Below are positions 24,201 to 37,582 of a stretch of 64,000 bases of DNA, in pieces. Every line of letters starts with the position of its first letter. Within the stretch, counting starts at the first letter, position 1. The notes under the pieces were generated by a model. That model made no database searches, was not told the origin of the DNA, and saw only the letters and a program-made list of their open reading frames with translations. The position numbers and the translations under genes were made by a program. The stretch comes from the human T2T-CHM13v2.0 reference genome, Homo sapiens: assembly GCF_009914755.1 (NCBI RefSeq), contig NC_060936.1. The stretch is one strand, 5' to 3'.

Positions 24201-26154
24201 ACATGTTACATAAAAGTCAGATGTATTCATGGCCAAATCTTCCTAATGTCCCTTAATTCCAGGCTAGACTGTCTGATCATTTATATGTCTTTCCCAGATC
24301 CTATAGGGAAAATGGAATTTTGTGTTCACTTTTCTATAAAGAGAATGCTGAGGTGCCTTAAATATTCACTATGAATTTTACCTCAAAGGGAATATTCTGT
24401 TCCTTTGCCAGCAAACTTCCTTTCCTATGGGATGAATGAAGAAAAACGAGTACATATTATTTCAGGAAGAGTCAAAGATGATGACCTCAGAAGACATCTG
24501 ACAGCAAACGCTTGAGCTAGAAAAACATGGAAAGGCATCCACCAGAAGTTTGGTGTGAGCAGGAATGTGGTGTGCACCTGGAGAATAGGGCAGTGGAGCA
24601 CGGGCTTCTTTCCCCTCGAGGTCCATCACTCCCTCCCCAGTGACTGCCTTCTATGTGCACTCTTCTCCTTCCAGGGTCATACTTTCTTTCTCACCATTCC
24701 CCTGGCACAGATTTGCTTTAAGTTTAAACCTTCAGAACAGCTAGCTGACAGAACTAAGACCTGGAACGCCTGTAAAACCAGCAATGGGCCACCTCTATGA
24801 CAGCGAAGGACACCTGGCCACAGAAGAGAGAGGGAGGGTGGAAGGAAAGTAGAAAAGCTCCTAAGCAAGCCACCTTAAGACATCTCTGTCAGGATAAACT
24901 AAAAGGTTCACCAAATTATGAGCAGAAATAACCCTAACAGAGAAAATTATAAAATCACCCTGAATAATCTGAATGCTATGGCTGCTGTGGGAAATTTATG
25001 TTCATGGTTTTTATTAAGAGCTTTTATTATTTTTAAATTTTATTTTTTTGTTGTTGTTGGCTATTACTTCCTTTAAAATGTTTGTACCACAGGCTGCTTG
25101 GCAGAGTTAACATGCCAAGGTCAGAGCTTCTCTTCCTGTATACATGAATTATTTCTACCCTGTTTCTGGCCAGCTCTCATAAATAGGTATTGTGGAGATA
25201 CAGCCTGTGCATGGCTGGTACAAATCCATCATCACTGCAGGAAAAACTCAACGCATAAGATCTTCGGGTGCTAGATCAATAAAGGCATGTTTGCATATGA
25301 AGGACAATCAGGTATTTTAGCTTTAATGCCAAACTTCAGGTCTTAGCTAAAGTCAATATGCTATTAATATAGGCACAAAGTAGCTTGTTTGGTGAAAAAT
25401 ATGTAAAGGTATTTTTATAATATACTGCTATAGCAGCAAGTCAGGTATGTTCTATCCCTACTGGTGAAAGAAGGGCATTGCTCTCTCCCTTCTGGGTCAT
25501 GTATGAACCACAGAATAGAAACAGCGCTGGAAAGGGTCTCATACTGAGCAGTAGTCACATGACTCCTTGGGAACGTGAGTCTGAATTTTACAAGCCCTCA
25601 ACTTTCAAGAAAATGAAACCAACATGATGAAAAATGCAGACAGACATGGAACACATGGACAACCCCATTCTCTGTGATGTAACTACCAAAGATAAGAAAT
25701 ACATATCTCAACAAAGTTAGAAGGCAGCGCACTGTATGAGAAGATCAAAAAGAGAAAACCCTCTGGGACTCCTAGCAGACCCGAAATAACAAAGGACAGC
25801 CTTCCACCAGACTGCATATGTGTCCCCTGATTGTTGCAGAATCGATATAAACAAACCAATTCCCAAATTAAGGGTTTTCATTTTTAACATTTAGGGACAT
25901 TGGATACAAAAAAAAGGGGACAAATCTTCTCACTTTAAAAAGCAATCTTATGGCATCACAGTTAGACCACCAACTCTGAAATTATTTTCATATGAGAACC
26001 AGAGTTTCTATTTAACATGCATATGAATGTCTAATCATAGGGAACCAGTTTGAAGAAGCATGTTATATTCTCACAGTGTAATATTCGGCATTAAGTTTCA
26101 TGCTTTTGAAAAACATTTAATAAAAAGGGAACATGTCCTCAATATCCTAGGAAG

Positions 26155-26395
26155 AGAAAAAAGTAGATTGCAAATTATCCATACATTAAGATGCCAATTC
26201 TGTTGTATTATTCTGTATTGTATTACAGTGTACACACAGAATGCACAGAAAAAAAACACTGGAAAGAAATTTTAAAATATAACTGCTAATTCTTTGTAGG
26301 TGCAGATATGGGTAAATTTTATTTTATCCCTTCAAATGTCTTTAATAAACATTAATTACCTACATAATAAGAAAATCATAAATGTTGTTTTTAAC
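26155..26395 (+). mobile_element. L1ME-type 3' fragment
   Basis: cacagaaaaaaacactggaaagaaa...ggtaaattttattt...ttacctacataataag. Confidence 0.5.
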
Positions 26396-27354
26396 CTAGA
26401 TATAAACATAGAATTTTCTCATCTCTCTACCACTCTTTCTTCTTCAACACCAGTACTGGAAAAGCATTGTAAAATAAAAATTAGAAAAAATTGTTTAGAG
26501 GACTCAGGGACAAACCACAGATAACTGTCATGAAACAAAAATCTCAATAACATTTAAATGAGATGGATGAAAGCCATCTTTTGGCTTTGGGAACACTTTC
26601 CTTTTCACTGTTTTTCCTGAAGCCAAGGTTAGGCCAGCACTTCTTCAGTCTCTGAATTCAATTCTGCTTTCTCTGTCCATCAGCATGTACAGGTTTCAAA
26701 AGTAAAGTCAACCAAGGTTATCTTGTTCTTTTATCCTTTTCATTCAGTGGCTGTTGACAAGCACTGGAAGGCAACCAGCCTTTCTGAAATGATATTCCAA
26801 AGTCTATTCCCCCAATACATCCTGCTCTTCTCTTTGAATTATTTCATAAATGTGCATGGGAGTAGCAGCTTGACATTTTGGACTGAGCCTACAGCAGTGT
26901 TGAGACTTTAGGGATTAACAGCACACCTCTACCTCCTCCTCTCCATGGCTGCCTCCTGTAATCTCTTTCTGGAACCCTGGAGAATGGTGTAGTCAAACAG
27001 GATGGGCCAGGGCTCTTGGAGCTCAGTGAACAAGGAAACATCTGGATGTGAGGGTCTGCACTAATCACAACTCAGAAAAACACAACAAAATATGTAATCC
27101 AGTGGCCCCGTGTCATTGTCGTAAGTAAAACACACATTAATGGAGTCTTTACTAATGAACATCAACCCAATGTTAGATGGTATCAAATAGTAAGATTTAA
27201 AAATCACCTTAGTTTATAGAAATGTTAAACATCACAACAAGCACTTTTTTTATTGCAATGTACTTGTTTTGTTTTTCCCAGCCACCAGGAAAGCTATGAT
27301 ACAAATTTGTGGGGGCAGTCCTTGGCTCATGATAGGTGCTTAATAATTATGTGT

Positions 27355-27510
27355 GAGAAGGAAAGAAGGAATGAAGAAGGAAAAGGAAAGAGAAAGAAGG
27401 AGAAGTAAAAAGGAAGAGAGGGGCGGTTGGAAGGGGAGGGAGAGGAGGTGGAGAGGGAATGGAGGGGAGGTGGGGAGGGGAGGGAGGGGAGGTGGGGAGA
27501 TAGGGAGGAT
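27355..27510. repeat. GA/G-rich low-complexity tract
   Basis: Direct reading. Confidence 0.9.
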
Positions 27511-27589
27511 AAGCCATTTAGTTCACGCATTGTTGCTTGCACGGGACTGTACATTACAGAGAGACAAGGACATATACAATTTTGAGGAC

Positions 27590-27880
27590 TTTCAAAGTCA
27601 TCCCCTGGTGTTGTTAACAGTTCCAGTACTCAACACTTCTCTCTGTTAAGAAATTCTCCCTTTAGCTAATATAAACCCTCTCTGCTTGATCTTAAGCCCA
27701 CTCACTCTGGTTGTGTCTCAGAGGAGAAAGTGAACAGCTGATCTCCACACTTGGTACAATTATTCTTCACACATTTAAAGAGAATAAGTCATCACCTCAT
27801 TGCCTTTTTTTTCTTTCCCTTAACAACCCCAATTCCCATAGCCTTTCTCCATGGATCCTGTCTTCTAATCCCTTAATCCA
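27590..27880 (-). mobile_element. L3/CR1 fragment
   Basis: gttaagaaattctccctttagctaatataaaccctctctgc...ttaagcccac...gaacagctg matches reversed CR1 3' ORF2. Confidence 0.65.
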
Positions 27881-29439
27881 ATGATGCATATTAGTACTCA
27901 GTTCAAAGTCAGTAAAAATAGCATGTTGTCAAACGGTGGTATCAGGAGATCCTGAATAAACACGCTTGCCATGAGGAGCTTCTGTTTCACCCCCTTAGAT
28001 GCCTTCTGTAGAGCCTGGAGAGAGCATGAATATCCCCTGGCCTCTCCTCTGAGGCTGGGAGGTGGAACAAAGTCTGTCCAGCTGTGCCCAAGCAGTCACC
28101 AACACTGCACTTACTGGCCTGCTCAGTGATGTCTCACACCATGCTAGGCACAGAGGTATAGTGGAGAGGCACACAGATGTGCCAGTTTCTTCTGAGTGAG
28201 TGAATATGTATGAGCGGGGATGGAGGAGCTGTTTTATTTTGCCAGTCAAAAGCTTTCAAGTAATATCAATAGAGGTAGTGATTGACCTCTATTGTATAAA
28301 CACTGATTTGATCATTGTGGACTATGATCACCATAGTCCTTAGGGGCTAGGATCACAGAGCCCCCACACCCTGGAGTTGGTGCTACCTCCTGGACATGAG
28401 GTCACCAGAGACACAGCGTCCCTTAGCCTGTCTTATTTATTCCAGGCTGCAGATACTGGCAGAGCATTCTGTTTTACTACATTTTCATTGCTTCAGCTCT
28501 TGTGGGGGTCTCCCTTTTCTCGGTTTGGTTGCACTCCTTCCCTCCAGTTGATCCATCCATTAATTCCTGAGTACTATCATGGGTTCAAAACTGTGTGCCA
28601 TGCACTTTCATTTCTAGTCTCTCCTTTACTGGTGGATGTGGCTGTGACATCTCAGAGTTGAAAGCCATAGATGGAAACAGGTTTGGGGAGTCCAGAGAAC
28701 GATCTACACAAACTGAAAATGTTTTTAATCTACATAAGGAAGGGAGTTTTCTGGTAGGTGGAGGCAGGGAAGAGGGAGTGGGCTTATAAAACACCCTCTT
28801 GTCTCTTTCTGAAAAAGATAAGCAGAGATGCAAATCTTACATATTCTCCTTTAATTCTGACCCAGACAGTCCCTTTAAGGTCTGTTTACATCTCAGAGCC
28901 CAAAAATGCACCATCATCATTTCTTGAAGTCATTACTCAGAGCACACCCCCACTGCATTTCATTTTTATTATCACCATTTTAGGAACGATTAAATGGAAG
29001 CAGAGAGCAGTAGCAATGAAGCAAATCATGAGAGGCTCTGATAGAGACAGAAGCCTTAAAGCTTGTTGGAACTGCATCTCTGTGCCAGACTATTTTTAAA
29101 GCAAGTTTATGCAGCTGTCCCCCACTTAGGAGCCTTACAAATGAGCCCAGTCTGCACACAATGATTTTTTTTTTCACCATTTCTACCCTTTCCAACTCAC
29201 CATGCTATGTCTGCATGCATATGTGTGTGTAAAATATTTCTTTTTAAATGTCCTTCTCCACATTCCTACATACCAGGGAGATGTTCTTGGCTTTCTGTGA
29301 ATCAAATTCTGATCCAGAGATCTCTTTGCTATTCTAGCCCCCTAAGCCTCCAAGAGGTTCCTTACATAGGATCCCATTAAAGGTTCACAAGAGCAGATAC
29401 TGTTCATTTTTTTATTAAAGTAGTTGGGTAAATGTATCA

Positions 29440-29645
29440 AATCTGTAAATGTTTGGAGTATTTTCAGAGGAGTACATAAGAAATTGGCAATAACAATTGC
29501 TCTGGGGAGGATTCCAGAGACTGGGAACAGCATTGCTCTGGAGAGGGAAGCAAAGGGTCATAGATGAGAAGAGGACTTTCTTTTTACTGGATACTCTTTT
29601 GTGCCATTTGATTTTTTACCATGTGCAAATATTACCTTAAAAATT
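29440..29645 (+). mobile_element. Old L1 (L1MC/ME) 3' end
   Basis: gactttctttttactggatactcttttgtgccatttgattttttaccatgtgcaaatattacc. Confidence 0.6.
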
Positions 29646-30224
29646 ACACAAGAAGGGTATTGACTACCAATTGACATTTGTTGGAGACTGACTGTTTCAG
29701 TGACTATTCACTGATGTTTGACTGTAAAACCTCTTTGAATCTTTACAACAGCCTTATGTAAAACCCTATGTTACAAACTCAGGTAGTATCCATCACTAGC
29801 TGATAAATGGCAACATGGAGAACTGAACTCAGTTCTGATTTCCAAAACCACAGACTATGTTGTGTTGACTTCAAGTCTTCCCAAGGGAACAAAATGTGTA
29901 AGACTGTAGCATTGGGACTACTTTTAGGAACCTAAAGGAACATTGGGAAGTCGTATCACATGGTTCACACCAACAACTTAATCTTCCTTGACCCGAGATG
30001 CCTTGTTAAAAGCTGGTCACACATGTATGACTCCACTGGGAGTTGGGCCTCCCTGACAATTCCCCCCAAGTCCTTCCCTGGCACTGGGGTGCTCACTCCA
30101 GAGGAGGGGAAGTTACCTGTTCCCATGCTGTCTCCAGTAAACTTCTATGTCTAAATGGGAGATTTTCAGGGTAGAAGTGAAATAGCTTGTCAATATTCTA
30201 GTTCTCCTAAGCATACAGATTCTT

Positions 30225-30510
30225 CATTTATTTAGCAATTATCTTTTGAGTGGTCCAGACACTGAAGGCAAGCACTCTTCTGAAGGGTCAGAATTACAGA
30301 GGTGAGCAAGGTCCTTGCCCCCAGGAAGCATCCATCCTGGTGTGAAGAGGCAGGCAATAAACAAACAAGCAAGCAAGTAAGCAAAACGCCAGATAATGAG
30401 TGTATTCAGGAAAATTAAAATCTACTGTTAGACAGTGTGACGGGGTGACTACCTCATCATGGGTCATTAGGAGGGCCTTTCTGGAGAAATATTTACTTAA
30501 ATGACAGGAA
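30225..30510 (-). mobile_element. L2 3' end
   Basis: ttcatttatttagcaattatcttttgagtg...gtccttgcccccaggaagc...aataaacaaac. Confidence 0.75.
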
Positions 30511-30624
30511 TGACAAATATGTCCTAGGAGCTATGCCCTTCAAAACAAGCTCAGGTTCCTGTGTGTTCCATCCCTCACCCAATTTCTTTTCCAATCTGCT
30601 ATTTATTTGCAAGGAGATTTTGCA

Positions 30625-30790
30625 GTCCCAGAAGTTAGCACTAGAAAGGACCCAAGAAGTCTTCTTAGTCCCATGCCATCATTTTAGAGATGAGAAAAGA
30701 AAAATGTAGAAAAGTGAAAAAAGCAGGTCCTATGGCTAGTTAGTGGCCTGACCAGTGGCTGACAGTCCTATCTGTAGCCCATATTTCTTC
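30625..30790 (-). mobile_element. MIR fragment
   Basis: ctagaaaggaccc...cattttagagatgagaaa...gctagttagtggc. Confidence 0.6.
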
Positions 30791-31424
30791 CACAAACCCA
30801 CATTCCTCCCCTGCTTATCTGTCCAGTGTTCAAATCCTCCCTGTAGAATCTTCACCCTGGTGCCTGCCTCCCTGGAGTCCACTGACACTAAATCCTCCCT
30901 GGACCAAGGGGACTTTCTGAAGCAGCATTAGGCGTCTTGAGGATGATGTCCTGGGGACGAGGATAACAGTGGAAGGACCAATACAACTTTCCATGATGCA
31001 ATCTCACCACAACCCAGCCATTCCCTGGAGCCACACCTGGCTCCTGCCATCCTCCCTGCCCACAGGTGAGCCCTAATAGAAGCCTTCAAGTTGGGGAGCT
31101 ACATGGCTCTATGACCTCAATGAACACTAGACATCTATCTTCCAAAGTGTTCCCTGGGTTAATTGAGTCGATATGAAAATGTTCTATTCTATTATCTCAA
31201 CCCCTCCCAAATGCCCTACAAAAAGATTAACCACAGAATTCCTTTAAACAGCAACTTCCTTTAGTACATGTAAAGTATGATCTACAAAAATTCAATCTAC
31301 ACAAATATTTTCTCCTGCCCCTCCCCATGAAACAACAGCTACCGTATCAAGGGCAACAACATAAACTTGGATTCTTAATGGTAGATTTTGGGATTCTTTT
31401 ATTATGTAATGATTCTCATACATG

Positions 31425-32100
31425 CTACAAATATTTATTGAACTGCTCTATGAAATACGCCCTTACAGGTTGCTGTGAGGACACAATTGAGCTAAAGACA
31501 CAGCCTCTGCCCTTTGGAAGCTTGCATATGGACAACTCTAACAAGAGGCAGATGTGATGGGTGCTACCACAGACGTATGGACAAAATCTATAGGGGACAA
31601 GGGAGTGTGAGATTTTATCTCAGTCAAAGATGAGGGGAGGAAGCTGCAACATTTTAATTGGGTTTCAAAGGATGGTTATGATTATATAATTGGATAATTC
31701 ATTCTAGGAAGACACATCATGACATGTACAGGGGACGGGACCTACAAAGGCACATTCTCAGAACAAGAAGAAGCCCAGGGTAGCTTAATTGTGAGACAGG
31801 AAATCATGAGGAGGAGAATAAAGGCTTGGAAGGCAGACCAGAGCCTTGAATGCAAGAACAGATCAAGTCTAGCCCCAGTCCATAAACCATAGAAGGCTCA
31901 AGTTGGCTTTGGGCAGAGAAGGAACATCACAGTCAGAATTGTGCTTCAGGAAGCTCATTCTGGCAGCCATATTTTGGACTAATCTGAAGGAGTAAAGGCA
32001 GGTACCAGGGACAAGGAGGCCCATTTAAAAAATTGTCACATAGTCCCTGGATCATATATAAAGTAAAGAATAAATTCAAGAGCTAGAATAAAAATAGAAT
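31425..32100 (-). mobile_element. L2 fragment
   Basis: caaatatttattgaactgctctatg...aagacacagcctctgcctttggaagcttgca...gaagctcattctggcagc. Confidence 0.7.
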
Positions 32101-32542
32101 TGGTGAGGGAAGGGATCCAAACCCTAGGAAGTAGGGTCTAGTTCTAGAAAGGGGTAGGGGATGCAGGCCTCAGATTCTGGACTCAAGAAGAGGAGTCAAT
32201 ATGACCTGATGGTGAGTGGTGTCTCTTTAAGAAAAGGCTGTTGTGAGATGCCTCCTCCTGCTTGAGACAGTAATTGTGAGCCTACTGCAAAGAAAGCTGC
32301 CCCCTCTGTACATCTTATGAGCTACCTATGAAGCCTCAGTTATTAATAGTTCCTCTTCTAGAGACAGACAGAAGTGCCTGTTATACATGAAGAACCCAGA
32401 ACATTTCTTAAATTATGACATCTCTACAGCAGCAGTGAAAGCAGCTTGATTGTAGTGAAAAGCAGAAGCCCAGGGAACAACCATTTCTGAACAAATGATA
32501 ACTCAGTGGAGGGAGGGCAACTTTAATCAAGAACATCAGGCA

Positions 32543-32848
<306 letters not shown>

Positions 32849-33186
32849 CTGGCATAATTTAAGCCTTATAATTGTGCCCTATCTGATAAGAGAAAATGCA
32901 TGATAGATTGAGGTCTTTCAACTTGAAGAATTAGATCCTGGATTCTACTGCCTGAGCCACACATGCCTAGTTTCTCGGGTGAGCATTCACACATTCACAT
33001 AACTAGCTGTCCAGGGCTCTCTGTGATGAGGTTGTGAATTTCAAGAAGTTTATCTCTGGCCTCATTTTCTGGTAACTCTCTCTAGAAATATATAGCTGGA
33101 TTTCCATTCTAGGCAGAACTATGCTAACATTTTGAAGCCCATTCTCAGCCAATTGGTCCATGGAATCTGTGGAAGTTGTCTTAAAT

Positions 33187-33455
33187 CAGTTTCCCAACAT
33201 GTTTTCACAGAATATGAATATCATGAACAAAGGGGTCTCAAGGTAGAATAATTTTAGGAAATTCCATTCTAAATAAAAGTAAAGATGTTTCTTTGCTATA
33301 AGACACCTCTGAACTTCCAAGGGTTAGTATGTTCCAAGACTCTCCTAGAGTGAGAAACAGTAGGTAGCATCTCCCAACCTTATGTATCTGTAAAGCTATT
33401 TTTCAGCAAAATGTCTTGAGAGACAAGAGCACTGCAGAACATATTTGGAGAAAAA
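33187..33455. mobile_element. MER103-type element
   Basis: cagtttcccaacatgttttcacagaat...gcagaacatatttggagaaa termini and MER103-like interior. Confidence 0.55.
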
Positions 33456-33504
33456 TCAGTGATGACATTACTCTCAGGAATACTTGTATTCAACTGGGAA
33501 TCTG

Positions 33505-33715
33505 GAATAATAAAAAATTGTAATACTAATTGAGTGCTTACTATGAACCAGGCAACTTTCTAAATACTTTACGTATACTTCATCCTTATACCTGTTGGTA
33601 CTATTATTATTATTTTCCTTCTCTAGATGAGAAAACTGAGGCATCAAGTAGTGAAGAGATTTGTCTAAGATCCTACATAGAGCTGGGAATTGGACCTAGA
33701 CAGTCTGGTGCCCAC
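33505..33715 (-). mobile_element. MIR
   Basis: ttgagtgcttactatgaaccaggc...agatgagaaaactgaggc...ggacctagacagtctgg. Confidence 0.85.
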
Positions 33716-34209
33716 AGAAATTAATTTCTGATGGTAGAATTTCAAACACTGTGATCAACTGGCAGTGGGAGAGATTGAGCAGAGCCTTGCATGGGAATCC
33801 TTCAATCACAATAAGTCTAAACCTTTCTTCTCATAAATTCATCTTTATAAGCTTCCCAGATGCTCTCTAGGACACAACTCCTGAACTATACCACTAATTC
33901 AGTTTCTTCACCAAATTATGTTATATTGTACACACATACTCTCCCACAAAAACAAAGTCAAGATTCAGACAGCAATGCAATTATCAACAATAAATGGTAA
34001 TACACAAAGAAAACAATCCCTTGATTAACCAAAATAGCAAGTAAATGAACATGCAAGTTTGAGAAATGGCTTCTCCTGTGTATCAAGGTATTGATCCCTT
34101 GCTCCACAGGTCTAGGGACAAAAGCCAAAGGACTACTTTCCTTCATTGTGTTGCAAAATTTCACATTTCTACTCTACTTTGCTCAAGAATTGTCAAAGAC
34201 ATGTCTTAC

Positions 34210-34324
34210 CCTTTCCCACTTCCTCTCCTTGTTCAGAAGAATTATCACCAGTTTCGGGTGCATCTGGTAGCCATCTTCACTGAAGGACAAATTCCTCCCC
34301 TCAAAAGTGACATTGATCAGATAC
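34210..34324 (-). CDS. GRIN2B: Internal coding exon of GluN2B (NMDA receptor subunit 2B), amino-terminal domain, about residues 337-375
   Basis: Minus strand reads ttatctttacag|G TAT CTG ATC AAT GTC ACT TTT GAG ... AAG TGG GAA AGG|gtaagac. 115 nt, phase 2 in, phase 0 out. Translation (R)[38 protein letters not shown] is recognised as GluN2B and carries the NVT and NLS glycosylation sequons. Confidence 0.98.
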
Positions 34325-34566
34325 CTGTAAAGATAAAATAAAAGGAAGATTAAAAGTATGAAGAGGGTATACCATGAACAAGGCAGTCAGGTATATAGAG
34401 AGAAAGCTGGCTGGAGACAGACAAGTAAATAGAAATACAGATACCATTATCAAATTTGGTACTTCTTGAACTCGCATTTGATTATGCAATAGAGTCATCC
34501 AAGTTTTCACATAGTAGGAATCACATGAAAAAGTAATATAAAAATTTTAAATAAAAGATGTTTGGT

Positions 34567-34831
34567 CACCGCATGTTCTCACTTACAAGTGGGAGCTGAA
34601 CAATGTGAACACATAGACACAGGGAGGGGAACAAGACACACTGGGGCCTGTAGGCAGGGAAGTGGGGAGAGGGAGAGCATCAGGAAAAACAGCAAATGCA
34701 TGCTGGGCTTAATATTTAGGTGATGGGTTGATAGGTGCAGCAAATCACCATGTCACAAGTTTACCTATAAAATGAACCTGCACATCCTGCACATGTACCC
34801 CAGAACTTAAAATTAAAAATAAAAATTTTTA
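34567..34831 (+). mobile_element. 5'-truncated L1PA (older primate subfamily) 3' end, antisense to GRIN2B, ~240 bp from the exon acceptor
   Basis: caccgcatgttctcacttacaagtgggagctgaacaatg...cacatgtaccccagaacttaaa; TSD aaaagatgtttggt / aaaaggtgtttggt. Confidence 0.93.
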
Positions 34832-34859
34832 AAAAGGTGTTTGGTTTAAGTTCAGCCTA

Positions 34860-35048
34860 GAGGTATGACTTTGAGCAAATTACTCAGCCTTTTTGAGCCT
34901 CTGTGTTTTTCCCTATCAGTGAAAACTAGGTTAATAAAGGGACCTACTTCATTAGGTTTGTAAGGCTTAAAGGGGATAACTTAGGTTAACCACTTACCAT
35001 GCGGCCTGGTGCATAGTAGAGTCTCATTAAGTGCTAACAATTGCTATC
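34860..35048 (+). mobile_element. MIR
   Basis: tgactttgagcaaattactcagcc...gcctggtgcatagtag. Confidence 0.8.
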
Positions 35049-35999
35049 AAAAAACAAAGGTGGATTAAAGGCTGGAAGTGGTGGAGATAAGAAATGAAAG
35101 TAGGAGTGTACCAAGACAACTTTCTGCTAACAGAGGTGGCATGTAGGAGCCTAGAGTCTCCCTCTATCCCAGAGATATGCACATACTCTTTAACTCTTGC
35201 TAAGGTCTTGCCAAGCCCATACTTCTAAGAGTTGTGAGATGAGTACAGTAAGCAGGGATCTGATATGACAGGATGCATCTGGAAATCAGGGCTATTACAC
35301 TATGTATAGGGAACAGAAAATACTAAGGAATGGGAAAAGGTGGGAAAGGGATTTCACAGAGTGCTCTGGTTACTTGTGCATAGATTAGCAGAAACTCTGG
35401 AGGTAACTAGAGTCAGACCAATGAAACTGTCTTCCTCCCGGACACCTTCACCTCAGCCCACCCTTTTCCCCTCTGGCTGCTGTCATCTGATGAGCAGTCC
35501 CTTCACTGGGAATTCCCAAAGGCATGCTCATTACAACTGCATTAGTGCAACTGCACTGATGGTAATTAATGTCTTTTTACCATAATGGCCCAAGGAATCA
35601 ATAATGATTAGCTCTGTGTTCATATGACATGTTACTCTGGAGCCTTGGGCTTAATGTTTCTTGTGAGACCATGTCCCTGCTAAGAAGCAAAAGGGGTATC
35701 TTGTAACTGCAGTGAGGATGCTAAAGGAGGCAGCTTGAAGACTCTTTTTTTAACTCCTCTCATTCAATGAAACTGGGAGGTCTTCTTTGATTCTTCCAGG
35801 TAACATTAGGTTAAACAACCAGGTTGCTAGGATGCATATTCTTCTGGTGATTCTAATGATGCTTATGCAGCATGAATCAAACCCTCATGGATCACTTCTC
35901 ATTTCCAGAACTACCTGGGATGTTTAAGCCTGTCATTCCCTGGTCCTGTGTAGCTTCACAAATGCAATCAAGAACACAGAAGATCCCAAAGGAGTAGCG

Positions 36000-36330
36000 A
36001 TTCCTAGAATCTTAGAATTGAAAGAGATTTTCACAATCAACTAGCCTACCACTTCTTACAGTTTATGCTTCCCTTCTATATCATAATATTGGTCTTCTTA
36101 GCTCTTCTTGAATTCTTTCACTGATGGGGAACTTTTAATGGCACCTTCTGGGCTCAAGGTAGGCATCTCGGTGTTGGCTACTTAGTTCTTTCTTACTTAA
36201 AGCTGAAACCTCCTCCCCTGCAACCCTTTGATACATGTTTCCTCTTTAGAGATTCTACAGTCTTAGTCTAATCCTTCTTCTACATGAGAGTTTCTCAAGT
36301 ATTTGAAGACATTTATCATACATCCCTTAT
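36000..36330 (-). mobile_element. L3/CR1 3' fragment
   Basis: tagaatcttagaattgaaagaga...ctgatggggaact...aagtatttgaagaca. Confidence 0.65.
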
Positions 36331-36439
36331 GAAATCAATTTTACTCTTTAAAGACCTGTTAAACTCTTTTAGTTCCGTAATTTTAACTTGATGGATTAAA
36401 AAACAAGCACAAGGAGGTTAAATTATTTTCCAATGTTAT

Positions 36440-36870
36440 TGTATGGCAGATGCACCTGACAGCAATAACTTATGCATACCCTGAGAATGACCCTACTGTC
36501 TAAGAAAAATGTTCAGAGTCCTAAGCTAAGAAATCTTGGAATAGCCAACCCAGAGATTCACTTTTTATCTATGAAGGACATCTAAACCCCCAGTTCATCT
36601 GCTGGAATGCAGGCCATACAGGGAATCAGAGCCCTTTGTTTTGGGTTAAATGAACGTTTAGGTGAACATTGCTAAGTGAAAATGCTATATAAACTGCATG
36701 CATTTTACAAATGGTAGCAGTTCTCCTGTCCAGCCCACCACCACTGGATTGTCCTTGTATGTAAGTTTCCCCAGTAAATCCTATGTCTCATTCATTATCT
36801 CTGGGTCTCTTCTTAGGCCTTTCAGATATGGTGCCATCGCTATTGGAGTCAACAAGGGTCCAGTATGACA
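36440..36870 (+). mobile_element. LTR47-type ERVL solo LTR inserted in a MIR
   Basis: gcagatgcacctgacagcaataacttatgcataccctgagaatgaccct...gctatataaactgcatg...atgaca; TSD gttat/gttac. Confidence 0.85.
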
Positions 36871-37421
36871 GTTACACAGCTAATTGGGAGCAGAAGTAAC
36901 ATTTTAAGCAATATCTCCAGTTTCATGTCCTTTCCTGACACCAGCCTGATTCTCATATACAACATCAGACTTAGCATCCCAAGGCCTTTACATATTCCTC
37001 ATATGCCATGGCTTCGTGTTTTCTACCATCCCACCTTGGCTGCTCTCTCCAGACACCTCCACTCAGTGACATGTAGCATCCCCAACACAACTCAATGCTC
37101 AATCTGCTCCACTTCTTGCCCTGTTCCTCAGCTCTCAGCCCAGAGCGGCTCACCCAAGCCCATCATTAGTGTGAAGGTAATATTCAGGTCTCTTATAGTT
37201 TGCAATGACTCTAACACTCCAACCAAAGGCCCTGAAGAATTCATTGCATAGAATATAATTACAAAACCATGAGACAGGATATTTTAAACCAACAAACTAG
37301 AATATAAGCACTAATATAATATACTTGAAAATGTATTCTTACTACAAAGACCCTGAACAATTTCTGGAGTCTTCAAATAAAGTTTATGAGACATGTAAAA
37401 CAATTTGGTCTCATCTATTTT

Positions 37422-37582
37422 GAAAGGAGGAAGGAAAGAAGGAAAAAGGAAGAAAAGGAAAGAGGAAGGAAAGAAGGAAAAAGGAAGAAAAGGAAAGAGG
37501 AAGGAAAGAAAGAGAGGAAAAGGAGGAAGGAAGAGAGAGATGGAGGAGAGAGGGGTAAGGAAGAAGAAGGATAGGAGGGAAA
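37422..37582. repeat. GA-rich (GGAA-type) low-complexity tract; long polypyrimidine tract in the pre-mRNA
   Basis: Direct reading. Confidence 0.92.

Noticed and set aside
31045-31071. cctccctgcccacag|GTGAGC recursive-like motif
   Set aside because: On the + strand, opposite to GRIN2B transcription.
34066-34341. 91-aa ATG ORF on +
   Set aside because: Antisense shadow of the real GRIN2B exon.
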